NCBI RefSeq assembly: GCF_009914755.1
Contig: NC_060941.1
Origin: the human T2T-CHM13v2.0 reference genome, Homo sapiens
Length of the DNA stretch: 64,000 nucleotides
Direction: 5' to 3' (one strand)
Below, one piece after another: positions 19,421-40,810 of this stretch. The notes below the pieces were generated by a model. The model ran no database searches, had not been told where the DNA came from, and worked only from the letters and a program-made list of their open reading frames with translations. A program made the position numbers and the translations under genes. Numbering within the stretch: the stretch's first letter is position 1; each line of letters begins with the position of its first letter.

Positions 19421-20687
19421 TAGCTGGGATTACAGGCATGCGCCACCACACCCGGCTAATTTTGCATTTTTAGTAGAGATGGTGTTTCTCCATGTTGGTC
19501 AGGCTGGTCTCGAACTCCTGACCTCTGGTGATCTGCCGGCCTCAGCCTCCCAAAGTGCTGGGATTACATCACACCAAGTCAGGTTTTTTTTTTTTTTTAA
19601 TTATTAAATGGGTGTTGAATTCCGTCAAATGTCTTTTCTTCATCATTGCTATGACTATATGGATTTTCCTCTTTATACTGTTAACATGGTGGATTACATT
19701 GATCAATTTTTGGATATTGAATCAGCCTTGCATCCCTGAAATGCAACTGTATAATTCTTTTTATATATTGCTGGAGTCCATTTGCTACTATTTTGTTAAG
19801 GATTTTTGCTTGTATATTCATGCAGGATATTGGTCTATAGTTTTCTTTTTGTTCTACTGTCCTCATCTGGTTTTGATAATATTAACCTTATAAAATTAAT
19901 TGGAAAACATTTTCTCTCTTCTGTTCTCTGGAAGAGATTGTGAAGAATTAAATTCTTCTTTAAGTGGTAGAATTCTCCAGTGAAACCATCTGGATCAGGA
20001 AATATTGAGAGGGAGGGAGGATGGTTTTATTACAAATTCAATTTTCTTAATAGTTATAGGGCTATTCAAATTAAACTAATACCCTAAAATTAAACTAATT
20101 TAAACTAATACCCTAAAAAAAAAACCTCTACACATATAAACTCATACTGGATGAGTTAGGTAGTTTGTGTTTTGAGGGGAATTGGTTTATTTTATTTAAG
20201 TTGCCAAATTTATGCATGTAGAGATTTTTTGGAGGATATTAATTTCTTGGGGCTGCTGCAACAAATTAACACAACTTAATAACTTGAACAACAGAAATTT
20301 ATTCTCTCACAGTTATGGAGGCCAGAAGTTCAAAATCAGCATCAATGGTCAAATCAAGGCATTGGCAGGACCACACACTTTTCAGAAGCTCTATAGAAGA
20401 ATTCATTTTTTGCCTCTTCAAGTTTCTGGTGACAACCAACATTCCTTGGCTTGTGGCCACATTGCTTCAATCTCTGCCTCCATGGTTGCATTCCCTTCTC
20501 TTTTGTCCACAACTCCCTCTGTTACTCTCTTATAAAGACATTTGTCATTGCACTTAAGGTCTACTAGGATAATCTCATCTCAAAATCCTTAATCGCATCT
20601 ACAAACGCTCTTTTTCCATATAAGGTAATATTTACAGGTTCCAGGGATTAGGACCTAATTAACGCTTTGGAGGTCTACTGAGGCTGA

Positions 20688-21017
<330 letters not shown>

Positions 21018-21192
21018 CATAATTCTCTATTTCATTTTATTTCCCTATTATTAAGTCCCACAGTGTTTCCCTATTATCCTTTTGATGCCTACAGGGTCCA
21101 TGTGATATCTTTTCTTTCATTGCTAATGTATTTCTCCTCTTTTAAAATTTGTCAGTCTTGCTAGAGATTTATTGATCTTTTCAAATAATTAG

Positions 21193-21438
<246 letters not shown>

Positions 21439-24330
21439 TAAATTTTTAATTTTTAACGTTTTTTAGAAATAGGGTCTCATTATGTTGCCCAGGCTGCTCT
21501 CAAACTCCTGAGCTCAAGCAATTCTGCCACCTTGGTCTCCCAGAGTGTTGGGATTACAGGTGTGAGCCACCATGCTCAGCCCTGCTCTTATCTTATTATT
21601 TCCTTCCTTCTGTTGGCTTTGGATTTATATTTTTCCCAAGTTCTTGAGGTATGAGCTTAGATCATTGATTTGATAAAGACTTTTCTACTTTTCATTTATT
21701 TTCTTTTTTCCTTTCTTTCTTTTTGACACAGGATCTCGCTCTGTCACCCAGGCTGGAGTGCAGTGGCACAATCTCAGCTCACTGTAGCCTTGATCTCCCC
21801 AGCTCAAGTGATCCTCCCACCTCAGCCTCCTGAGTAACTGAGACCACAGGGACACACCACCATACCTGGCTAATTTTTGTATTTGGGTTTGTTTGTTTGT
21901 TGTTGTTTTTTTGTGTGTGTGTTTTTGTACAGCTGGAGTTTCGCCATGTTGCCCAGGCTGCTCTCGAACTCCTGGGATCAAGCGATCTGTCCACCTTGGC
22001 CCCCCAAAATACTAGGATTACAGGCATGAGTTACCATACCTGGGCCTCTACTGTCCTAATATGTGCATTTAATGCTATACATTTTCTTCATCTGTGTCCC
22101 ACAGATTTTGTTACATTATATTTTCATTTCACTCGCTTCAGTGTATTTTACAATTTCCCTTGGCCAGGTGCAGTGACTCACACCTGTAATATCAGCACTT
22201 TGGGAGGCAGAGGCGGGTGAATCACATGAGTGCAGGAGTTGGAGACCAACCTGGGCAACACAGGGAGACCCCATCTCTACAAAAAAATCCAAAAATTAGC
22301 CAAGCGTGGTAGTGTGATCTTGTAGTCCTAGCTACTCGGGAGGTTGAGGCTGCAGTGAGCTGTGATAGCGCCACTGCATTCCAGCCTAGGCAACAGAGCG
22401 AGAGCCCATCTCTAAAAATGAATAAATATATAAATGTATATTTTTATATGTAAGTATTATATAATAGTATAATATATTATAATAGTATAATATTATACTA
22501 TTATATAATAGTAGTAGTATATATTATGTATTATACTATTATATAATATATAATACATGCAATACATATACATATATGTTTATTTTTATACATGTATTAT
22601 ATATACACATACAATATATAGATGTATATATAATATTGTATATATAAAATATTTTATATATACACATATATAATTTCTCTTGAGACTTCCCTTTTTCGTC
22701 CATGGAGTACTTAGAAGTGTGTTGTTTAGTTTCCAAGCATTTGGAAATTTTTCTGTTATCTTTTTGTTATTGATTTCTAGTTTGATTCCATTGTGGTCAG
22801 AGAACACACTTGGTATTAATTCAGTTGTTTTACATCTGTTTGTTTTATGGCCCAGGATATGGTCTATTTTGAAATGTGTTACCTGAGTAGTCGAAAAGAA
22901 TGAACATTTTGCTGTTGTTGGGTGAAGTGTTCTATAAATATTCATTAGATCTTGTTGGTTGATGATTTTGTTGAACTCTTCTATATCCTTGTTGATTTTC
23001 TGTCTAGCTGTCGTATCAATTGTTAAGAAAGGAGGATTGAAGTCTTCAGCCCCAGTTGCCGATTTTTCTATCTCTCCTTTCAGTTCTATCAGTTTTGGCT
23101 TCATATGGATTGCAGTTCTGTTGTTTGGTGCATACACATTTAGGATGATTTGTTTTCTCACTAGATTGGCTCTTGTATCATTGTACAATGTCTCTGTCTC
23201 TAGAAAAGTTTCTTTGCTCTGAAGCCCACTTTATCTGACATATATACATGCACAATATATATATGTATAGCTACTCTCCTGCTTTCTTTTGTTTAATGTT
23301 TACATAACCTATCTTTCCTATCTTTTTTCATCTTTTTACTTCCAACCTACCTTTATTGCTATACTTACAATGACTTTATGCACCACATCTAGTTAGGTCA
23401 TGTTTTTTAATCCACTCTATCAATTGCTTTTAAATAGATATCAATCTTTTGCATTTAGACCATTTACATTCAATATAACTATTGATATGTTAGGGAATAA
23501 GCCTGCTGTTTTATTTTTTGTTTTATGTTTTTCTCTCCTTTTTTTTTTCCTGAGATGGAGTCTTTGTCTATTTCCCAGGCTGGAACGCAGTGGCATGATC
23601 TCGGCTCACTGCAACCTCCGCCTCCCGGGTTCAAGTGATTCTTGTGCCTCAGCCTCCTGAGTAGCCTGGATCACAGGCACCTGCCACCACACCTGGCTAG
23701 TTTTTGTATTTTTAGTAGAGACGTGGTTTCAATGTTGACCAGGCTGGTCTTGAACTTCTGAGCTCAAGTGATCTGCCTGCCTCGGCCTCCCAAAGTTCTG
23801 GGATTATAGGCGGGAGCCACCGTGCCAGGCCCACTTTTCATTTTTCTATTTTCTTTTCCCTGCCTTCCTGTGGGCTACTTGAACATTTTCATTAGAATCA
23901 TCTTTTTATTTATCTGTAGTATTTGGGGATATTTCTTTACATGTAACTTTTTTTTTTTTAGAGGCAGTCTCACTCTGTCGCCCAAGCTGGAGTGCAATGG
24001 CATGATCTCAGTTCACTGCAGCTTCTGCCTCCTGGGTTCAAGTGACTCTAATGCCTCAGCCACTCAAGTAGCTGGGATTATAGGCATGCACCACCACGAC
24101 AGGCTAATTTTTGTATTTTTAGTAGAGATGTTAGCCAGACTGGGCTCAAACTACAGGCCTCACATGATCCACCCGCCTCGGCTTCTCAAAGTACTGGGAT
24201 TACAGACATGAGCCACCAAACCTGGCCTACACGTAACTTTTTTAGTGACTTATCTAGGTATTACATTGTATGTACATGGCTTAATACAGTGTACTGGTTT
24301 TACCAGTTAAAGTGAAATATAGAAACCTTA

Positions 24331-24686
<356 letters not shown>

Positions 24687-24780
24687 TTAAATATTTCCTC
24701 TGCATATTTTTAGAACCACAACAGACTGTATTGTAATTTTTGCTTCAACTATCAAAAATAATTTAGAAAACTCAAGAAGA

Positions 24781-25720
24781 GGCCAGGTGCAGTGTCTCAT
24801 GCCTGTAGTCCCAGCACTTTGGGAGGCCAGGGTGGGTGGATCACGAGGTCAGGAGATCGAGACCATCCTGGCCAACATGGTGAAACCCCGTCTCTACTAA
24901 AATACAAAAACAGCTGGGCATGGTGGCGCACGCCTGTGGTCCCAGCTACCTGGGAGGCTGAGGCAGGAGAATAACTTGAACCCGGGAGGCAGAGTTGCAG
25001 TGAGCCAAGATCACACCACTGCACTCCAGCCTGGCTAGAGAGTGAGACTCTGTCTCAAAAAAAAAAAAAAGAAGAAAAGAAAAGAAAAAGAAAGAAAAGA
25101 AAGAAAGAAAACTCAAGAAGAAAAGGAGGCCAGATGAGGTGGCTCATGCCTGTAATCCCTGCACTTTGGGAGGCCAAGGCAGGCAGACCACTTGAGATCA
25201 GGAGTTGAAGACTAGCCTGGCCAACATGGCAAAATCCCGTCTCTACTAAAAATACAAAAAAATTAGCCAGGCACGGTGGTGGGCGCCTATAGTCCCAGCT
25301 ACTCAGGAGACTGGGGCACGAGGATCGTTTGAACTTGGGAGGTAGAGGTTGCAGTGAGCCAAGATCCTGCCACTGCAGTCCAGCCTGGGTGATAGAACAA
25401 GACTCAGTCTAAAAAAAAGAAAAGAAAAAGAAGAAAAGGAGGCTGGGCATGGTGGCTCACACCTGTAATCCCAGCACTTTGGGAGGCCGAGGCGGGCAGA
25501 TCACGAGGTCAGGAGATCGAGACCATCCTGCCTAACATGGTGAAACCCCATCTCTACTAAAAATACAAAAATTAGCCAGGTGTGGTGGTGGGCACCTGTA
25601 ATCCCAGCTACTCAGGAGACTGAGGCATGAGAATAGCTTGAACCTGGGAGATGGAGGTTGCAGTGATCCAAGATTGTGCCACTGCCCTCTAGTCTGGGTG
25701 GCAGAGTGAGACCCTGTATT
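24781..25720 (+). mobile_element. Three head-to-tail Alus (starting 24781, 25128, 25441)
   Basis: Alu consensus with overlapping TSDs. Confidence 0.93.
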
Positions 25721-25824
25721 GAGGAGGAGGAGGAGGAAGAAGAGAAGGAGGAGGAAGGGGGAGGAGGAGGAGGAGGCGGAAGGGGAAAGGAAGGGATGGG
25801 GAAGAAGAAGAAGAAAAGTGTTTT

Positions 25825-26035
25825 TGAACAATGAGAATACGTGGATGGGGAGGGGCAATCACACACCAGGGTCTGTTGTGGGGTGGGGGGCTGGGGGAGG
25901 GATAGCATTAGGAGAAATACTTAATGTAGATGACGGGTTGATGGGTGCAGCAAATCACCATGGCATGTATATACCTATGTAACAAACCTGCACATTCTGC
26001 ACATGTACCCCAAAACTTAAAGTATAATAAAAAAA
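25825..26035 (+). mobile_element. 5'-truncated L1PA 3' end with 20-bp TSD AAGAAGAAGAAAAGTGTTTT
   Basis: GGGAGGGATAGCATTAGGAGAAATAC...ACCTATGTAACAAACCTGCAC...CTTAAAGTATAATAAAAAA; TSD at 25805-25824 and 26036-26055. Confidence 0.93.
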
Positions 26036-29000
26036 AAGAAGAAGAAAAGTGTTTTATATTTAACCATGTCTTTGCTCACTGTGTTCTTTCTCCCTTCCTG
26101 ATGTTTGTTTTCTTTCTTTTTAGAGAAATTTATTGTGCTTTACCCTTTATTCCTGAAATATAATTTCACAGGCAATAGAATTCTGGGTTGACTATTTTTT
26201 TTTTCTTTCAGCACTTGAAAATATTGGCTATTTCCTTCTGACCCCCATGGTTTCTTTTAAAAAATTTGCTGTTGTTTGAATTATTTTTCTCTACAGGTAA
26301 GGTTCATTTCCGTCTTGCTGCTTTCAAGAGTTTTCTTTGCCTTTACTTTTTTTAAAAAAATGTTTTAAATTTTATAGAAACAGGGTCTCACTGTTATCCA
26401 GACTGGTCTTGAACTCCTGGACTCAAATGATCCTCTTGCCTCAGCCTTCCAAATTACTGGGATTACAGACATGAGCCATCATGCCCGGCCTGCCTTTAAT
26501 ATTTAGAAATTTGGCTTTAATATATCTTGGTATTTCTTGAGTTTATCCTGTTTTGATGTGTTATCTTGTTCACTCAGCTTATTGAATCTGTAGGCTAATG
26601 GGGCTCTTTTTTGCCAAATTTGGGGAGTTTTAAGCCATTACTTTTTTCTATTTTTTTTTTTTTCTTTTTGAGATGGTGCCTTGCTCTGCCACCCAGACTG
26701 GAGTGCGATGGCGCGATCTCGGCTCACTGCAACCCCTGCCTCCTGGATTCAAGCGATTCTCCAGCCTCAGCTTCCTGAACAACTGGGACTACAGGCACCT
26801 GCCACCACACCTGGCTAATTTTTGCATTTTTATTAGAGACGGGGTTTCACCATGTTGGCTAGGCTGGTCTCAAACTCCTGACCTCAAATGATCCACCCAC
26901 CTCAGCCTCCCAAAGTGCTGGGATTATAGGCGTGAGCCACTGCGCTCCGCCAGCCATTACTTTTTGAGTACTTTTTTTAGCTGTGCCCTCTTTCTCATTT
27001 CTTCCAGGATTCTGATGACATGAATTTTAGATCTTTTCATCTAGTTCCACAGGTCCCTGTGGCTTTTTTCATTTTCTTCAAACTGTTTTCTCTCTGTTTC
27101 TCAGATTGGGTGATTTTTAATTATTCTATTTTCAGGTTCACTTGTTCTTTCCTCTGTCCCCTCCATTCTACTGTTTAGTCCATTTACTGAGGTTTTTTTA
27201 CTTCGGTTATTATGTTTTTCAGGTTTAAACATTCCATTTAGCTCTTCTTTATATTTTCTGTTTCTTTACTAATACTTTCTATTTTTTTTGCTTTGTTTCA
27301 AATGTGTTCTTAATTATTTGTTGAAGCATCTCTCTGATGGCTGCTTTAAAATCTTTGTCAGATAATGTTAACATCTGGTATCTTTGTATTGTTGATTGTC
27401 TTTTTAAAATCAGTTTGAGATTTTTCTGATTCTTGGTAACATGAGTGATTTTCAGTTGATACCTAGATATCTCATATTATTTTATAGGCTCTGGATCTTA
27501 TTTAAGTCTTCAGTCTTAGCTGGTTTTCTCTGAAACTGCTCCTACAGAGGAAGGGTGGGGGACTGTTACTTCTTTATTGCCAAGTGGTGGTAGAAGTCCA
27601 GCTTCTCCACTTGGCCTCCATTGACACTTCAAGGAGTGGGTGTTTCTCATTACTGCTGGTCAGGGGTGGGCGTTCTGCCTCCCCACATGGTTTCTGCTGA
27701 TATCATGGTGGGGATAGGCTTGTTACTACTACGTAATGGTGAAAGTCCTGCCTCTTTACTAGGTCTCTACTCTAGTGGAAAGGGAGAAGGACATCTCGTT
27801 GCTTCTAGGTGAAGAGTAGGTTTCCGATGTAGTCTCCACTGACACAGGTTGACACTGAGGAGGTGGGGGTGGGACCCAGGGACATGGGTACAGGCCTGCA
27901 AGGATAAAAGTCCCTGATCTCTACATGGCCTCCTCTGACACCACCCAGTAGAGGTGCCGGGGGGCCTTGTTACAGCTTCGCCTTCAAAAGCGTGAAAGTC
28001 TCAGCTTCTCCCTCAACCTTTGCTGGTGTGAGTGGGACCAGTTTTTTTCTGTAGCGTTTGATTGGCGCGGAACTGTTATTGTCTTCAAAGTTTTCTGTCT
28101 TGCTGGGCTGTCCCTTTCCTAGTCCTTTGTCTAGTGAGAGCAGGCTTTTTTTCAGGCTCCTCTTTCTCCTTCTTATTCTTCTCCTCCCGTCTGAACCCAT
28201 TGGCATTTCTAGGTTGCTGCTCCAAGCCTTGGATATATGACACCGTAATAAAATCGAGAGAATGCACCACCATGTTTTCCTCAGCCCAGGTCCATAGCCT
28301 GTCTGCCATCTTTGTATCTTTCCTAGTCTTCTAATGTCTGTTTTATAGACAATGTCCAGAGTTCTTAGCTGTATTTAGGAGGAGGAATAGGGAGAAGTAC
28401 AGCTCCTCTGTATTCCTGGAGTGGAATTCTCTGCCTCTCTGATTTTAAACAAGCCAAACTCACAAGAGGGCAAGCAGAAAGCAATTTCATTCTTTCTCAC
28501 GACTATCCCTTTCAATCGGGCCTGTGGCTTCATTCTTCTAGATGAAATTTCAGGCAGATTCATAGCCTTTTCAATCCCTTTCAGTTATAAATATGTGCAT
28601 GTGTGTTTGTTCGTATTAACATCAATCCTCTGAACTCTTGTCCAATCTAATCTTTTGCCCTCCCAAACTTGGACTTATCTCAGGGCCTATCTATATCTAT
28701 GGTAGAAAGAGGGGCTCTTGGGGGTCTTGGTTAGCTTCTTTGCTATTTCCCCTCCTTACTCTTTTCTTCTCCCCTGTCTCCCTTTTTCTTTTTTATTTAT
28801 TTTTAGAGCTAGAGTCTCGCTACATTGCCCAGGCTAGACTCAACTCCTGGGCTCAAGCGATCCTCTTGCCTCAGCTTCATGAGTAGCTGGGACTACTGCA
28901 GGCAGCTCCCCTTTATTTTCTGTATTGCATCTGGCTCCGCTAGTGTTGAAGTGAGAGAGATCAAGGAGAAATACAGGGCAAGAAAAGATCCTGTGTCTGT

Positions 29001-29869
29001 TATAGTTTTAATCAGGTGTTGGAGCTCTCCAGATGTAGCCAAAGGCCAACTCTTTTCTATGGGGCCCATTTGTGGATTTTTCAGTTCCTCCCATTTCTGG
29101 TTATTATTTGGAATCAGAATACCAATAATTGAAAAGAAATAGCATTTCAAGCAAGGGAATATCTGTTCTGGCTTGGAAAAAATCTATTTCATACACATTT
29201 TCATTTTTAGAAAGAATATTGTTGTTTAGAAGGAGTATTTAAAAGTTTATATTTAGAATGCTGTCGAAAGTTCCAAATTATTTGTTAAATATTTAGAAGA
29301 TTTTATAGAAAAGGAGCATTTCAAATAAAACTCAAGTATTAAAGAAGAATATCAATTAGGCAATAATACCAATTAAGCATAAAAAAAGAGAATACCAGTT
29401 AGGCAACCCACTCTCCTGTTGGGCTGTGAACTGGCCATGCCCCTTTTTGCCTACATTTTTTGCTCATGCCATTCACTGGCTGAAATGCCTTCCCCTTCCT
29501 CTAGCCAAATCCTGCTTTTCCTTTGAGGCCCAAGTAGCACCTCCTCATGAAAGCCTCCCATGACTACCCCAACTCACTTCTCTTTTTCCTCTCGCATTTA
29601 GGTATTGACTGCTGCCTCATGAAGGCTGGTCCTGTCTCTATAGTGAATATTGTGCACCTCAGGGTAGAATGGAGAGCAGAAGACTTCAAATCAGGCAGTC
29701 TGGGTTCAGACCCCAATTCTAGTGCTAAATAGCTACGTGACTTTAGGCCGATTGTGTGTGACTTCCCTGAGCCCCAGTCTCTTTGCCTGCAAAATGAGAA
29801 AAATTATAACAATGTCATCGGTTGTTCTGAGGATTCTGAGAGGAATTAGTAGGAGAGAGAACTAAGAAG

Positions 29870-32800
29870 CTGCGGGCCTCTACAGAGCCATTCAACTGGC
29901 ATTTCGGAAGATGTTGCCCATCAGAGTCAGACCTTCTTAGCATCTTCCGGCTGGGCCCAAACTTCCCAAGACCATTTGGACAAGGTCATCTCTATCCCAC
30001 CATGGCCTCCTCCCAGAGGAGGAGAAGAATCATGCTGTTACAGCAGAACCGAAGATTTGGGCAAGGGAGCTAATGATTATGTTCTGCGTCAGGTCAGAGA
30101 TGGGCTGGGAAAGCCACTCCAAAGCCAAGACAAGCAGTTTCCTGGAAAAAGAAGGCTGCGCGGAGCCCAGAGTGGCCTGGATCCTGCCTCATTTCCTGGA
30201 CCAGCTCCTTAGGTGGTTACTGGATTGCCAATAAAGCAGAGCTTATTAAAGTCAACGAGCTCAGGCTTCATCGCCGCCATGGTATCCAAGCACCAGTCTG
30301 TCTGGGATTTCATTTGCCAGATGGACAAAGGAGAGGTTGTTCCAATACATATCCTGAGTGGTGGGGGTGGGGAGAGAAGGGGAAGAATGCTCTCTAGAGA
30401 ATTCTCTTTGTCCTCTGAAGTAAATAGAGATCATGTCTTCCCCAGCCACACTCAGTGATCTGAATCTCTTGGACTGTGGATTTTTCCTTTACCTGCTGTG
30501 AAGCCTTGAAAAGTATGAATTAGCTTGATAATGATCCTCTAAAGATGTTCAAGAGTTAAAGACGTGTTTAAGTTCTTCAGGCAATCCAATATGACTACGG
30601 GTTTCCAAAAATTTGAAGGAAACTGAAAATCATAGTTCCCAAACCAGATATTTTCCGGTGTCCAGATGTTCACTGGCATGCAAACCAAATGTCTGGATTA
30701 TGAGCTCCTTTTTTCATTTCTTTTTATCAGCTTACATCCAGATGTTGGATCCAACTGGTCAGAGGCCTGGGGCAGAGACAGAAATCAAATCTAGGGTGTT
30801 CATCTAGAGTCTCCTGCTCCTCCATTCCTGCTTCCTCCTCACGCTGCCCCCACATCCTCCCCAACTCACCTTCATGCTACATCTCGGCAAATACAGCTCA
30901 TATCCAGGCACGGTGCAGCCCTTGACAGCTGGGTCCGCAAAGGCAGATCGGGTATATCTTTAAAGAAAAGTTATCTTAACCATTGAGAAGCCTTCCTTCC
31001 TCAGAGGAGAGCACCTCCCCAGCAGACCTCCGAGGAGACCAAGGGCAGGACAGGAAGGGTGAAAGGAAGTTTCAGGACTGCAGGAAATAAGAGCTTGGAG
31101 GTCAAGGGAGAGATCAGATAAAACATGAATCTGATCAGCATCCTAGTGGTCTAGAGTGGAGACAATCTGCGGAGTCAACCTCAGTAAGGACACACATAGA
31201 GAAGAACCAAAGCCTCTAAAGACGAAGCTGAGAAGTGTACGGTCGTAGAAGACTCGTGTCTGTTATTCTTAAAAGCTCAAGGAGGTATAAACTGCATAAG
31301 ATTTAAATGGAGGAACACACGATCTTACTTGCTTTCAGAGGATTTTGGGGTCCCCATTCTCCCATTAGCAGCCAGGCAACTCTCTCTGTCCTCTCCAAAG
31401 GGAGGAGTGGAAAGGCTTCAAAATCCCTAGGAAATAAATGTCCCCTCCACCCAAAGTCCAGTGTGTAGCCTGAGGACAGGACTTTCACTGAGAGAAATAT
31501 ATAAAAGAAGGGGATAGAAGCCAGGCACCCAGGTGGTGGGTAACAGAAGGGAACTTTCTAGCTGGTTTTATTTAGGGAGGGCATCCTGGGCAAAAGTCAG
31601 AATGCAACTTTTTTTTTAAACCCCTTTTAACAAGATGCTGTTGAATTCCTCTTTTGCAGATGTTCTGCCAATTGAATGGAAACTGTCCATAGTGGGGAGC
31701 AGAGAGCCTCATCTTTTCTGGAACTGAACATCCATCCTTAAGGCCAGATTTCTCCCATCACCAACTTTAACTCCTGCCCTAGCCCTCTCTCTTCCTTTTC
31801 AAAACCCTCTCCACCCAGGAAGGGAGATTCTGGAGCCAAGACTGTACCAGCCACACCTCCCCAGAGTTGTTAAGGAAGGAACTCGAAGCCAGGGGTGGTC
31901 TTCTGGCAAGCACCCCCACTACCAGTAGCAGGACAGATGTGTTTCTAATGGACTACACTATCCCCGGAGGTCACATGATTCAGGCTGCCAAGGGTACCTG
32001 CCCTTGGGAAATCAACTCCCGAAGATAAATTGGGATTGGGTCCTGAGAAGATCCATGGAAGCCCAGAGGACCCTGCCTCTCTCTGTTGCTTCATGCTGTA
32101 GAGGCAGTACTGGGGAGGGCCTGCCCCACATCCGGCAGGGCAGCTGGAACCATGTGTTTGATGACACTCTGCTCCCTCAATGTGGAGCCTCATCCTCATC
32201 TCACAGTCTAGCAGGCCTCTGGTGGGTTAGGCTTGTCTCACCCAGTGTGTGAGTTTTTTTGGAAGTGACCTGATTTTGGAGTTTCCCTCCAAGCCTTTCT
32301 CAGGTACATGCTTTCTCTTTTATTCTGTCTTCTTTTTTTGATCTTCTTAAATCTGATTTTCTCCTTTTTCCCTCTCTTGTCTCCATCTTTTTTCCAGTCT
32401 CTCGCTTCTCTTTATTTCTCCCCATATTTCACTCTGTTCTCTCACCCCAACCTTTCCCTTCTGTTTCTCTCCCTCCCTCTCTTCCCACCCCCTGCCTGGC
32501 CTTCCATATATCAAGCAGAGTTTTATCACCTTATGCAGGGGCAGCCCTGCCACCTGCCATAAAGTTGATAGGCTAATGACATTTTGTGGATATTGCCATG
32601 TCACAAGTCCAGGACAGCATCAAAAATAGCCCTGATGTCTAAACCACTTCAGCTATCTTTTTTATTTTTAAAATAAATACATTCACATGCTTTTAAGAAA
32701 CTATAAAAATATATAAAGTAAAAAGATCTTTCTCTCACACTGTCTCCACCTCTCCTGGTCTCACCGTTGTGCTTAGGGGAAACCATTGTGATTAGTTTCT

Positions 32801-32947
32801 CCTGTGTCCTTCCAGAGTGTCTTTATGCAAATGAAAATTATTGTGATAATATATTCCTATTTTCCCCCTTACTACACAAAAGATAGACTACCATAATCCC
32901 ATTCTGCACTTTTTTTTCACTTGATAATAAAAACATGATTTTATTAA
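29870..32947 (+). ncRNA. Largely unique block, possibly the terminal exon region of lncRNA LINC02086
   Basis: Mostly non-repetitive, no credible ORF, AATAAA at 32926-32931. Assignment rests on recalled locus layout, not on direct sequence evidence. Confidence 0.35.
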
Positions 32948-33123
32948 TGGGTGTTTATGGAGTGATTACCATGTGCTATGTGCCTGCTGGGCACTGCAGA
33001 ACATACACTGGTGAACAAGACACAATCACAATCCCCGTATTCAAGGATCTGAAGACCGTCTAGTGACAAAGCCCAACAGGCTCATCTACATTCAGCCATG
33101 CGATAGAGGGCTGAATGTCTTTA

Positions 33124-40810
<7,687 letters not shown>

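Noticed and set aside
20068-20120. Repeated TTAAACTAATACCCTAAAA units, superficially telomere- or CRISPR-like
   Set aside because: A small local slippage duplication inside L1; no spacers and no true TTAGGG array.
22586-23188. 200-aa ORF with endonuclease similarity
   Set aside because: Degenerate L1 ORF2 endonuclease remnant running into an AT-rich repeat; not a host gene.
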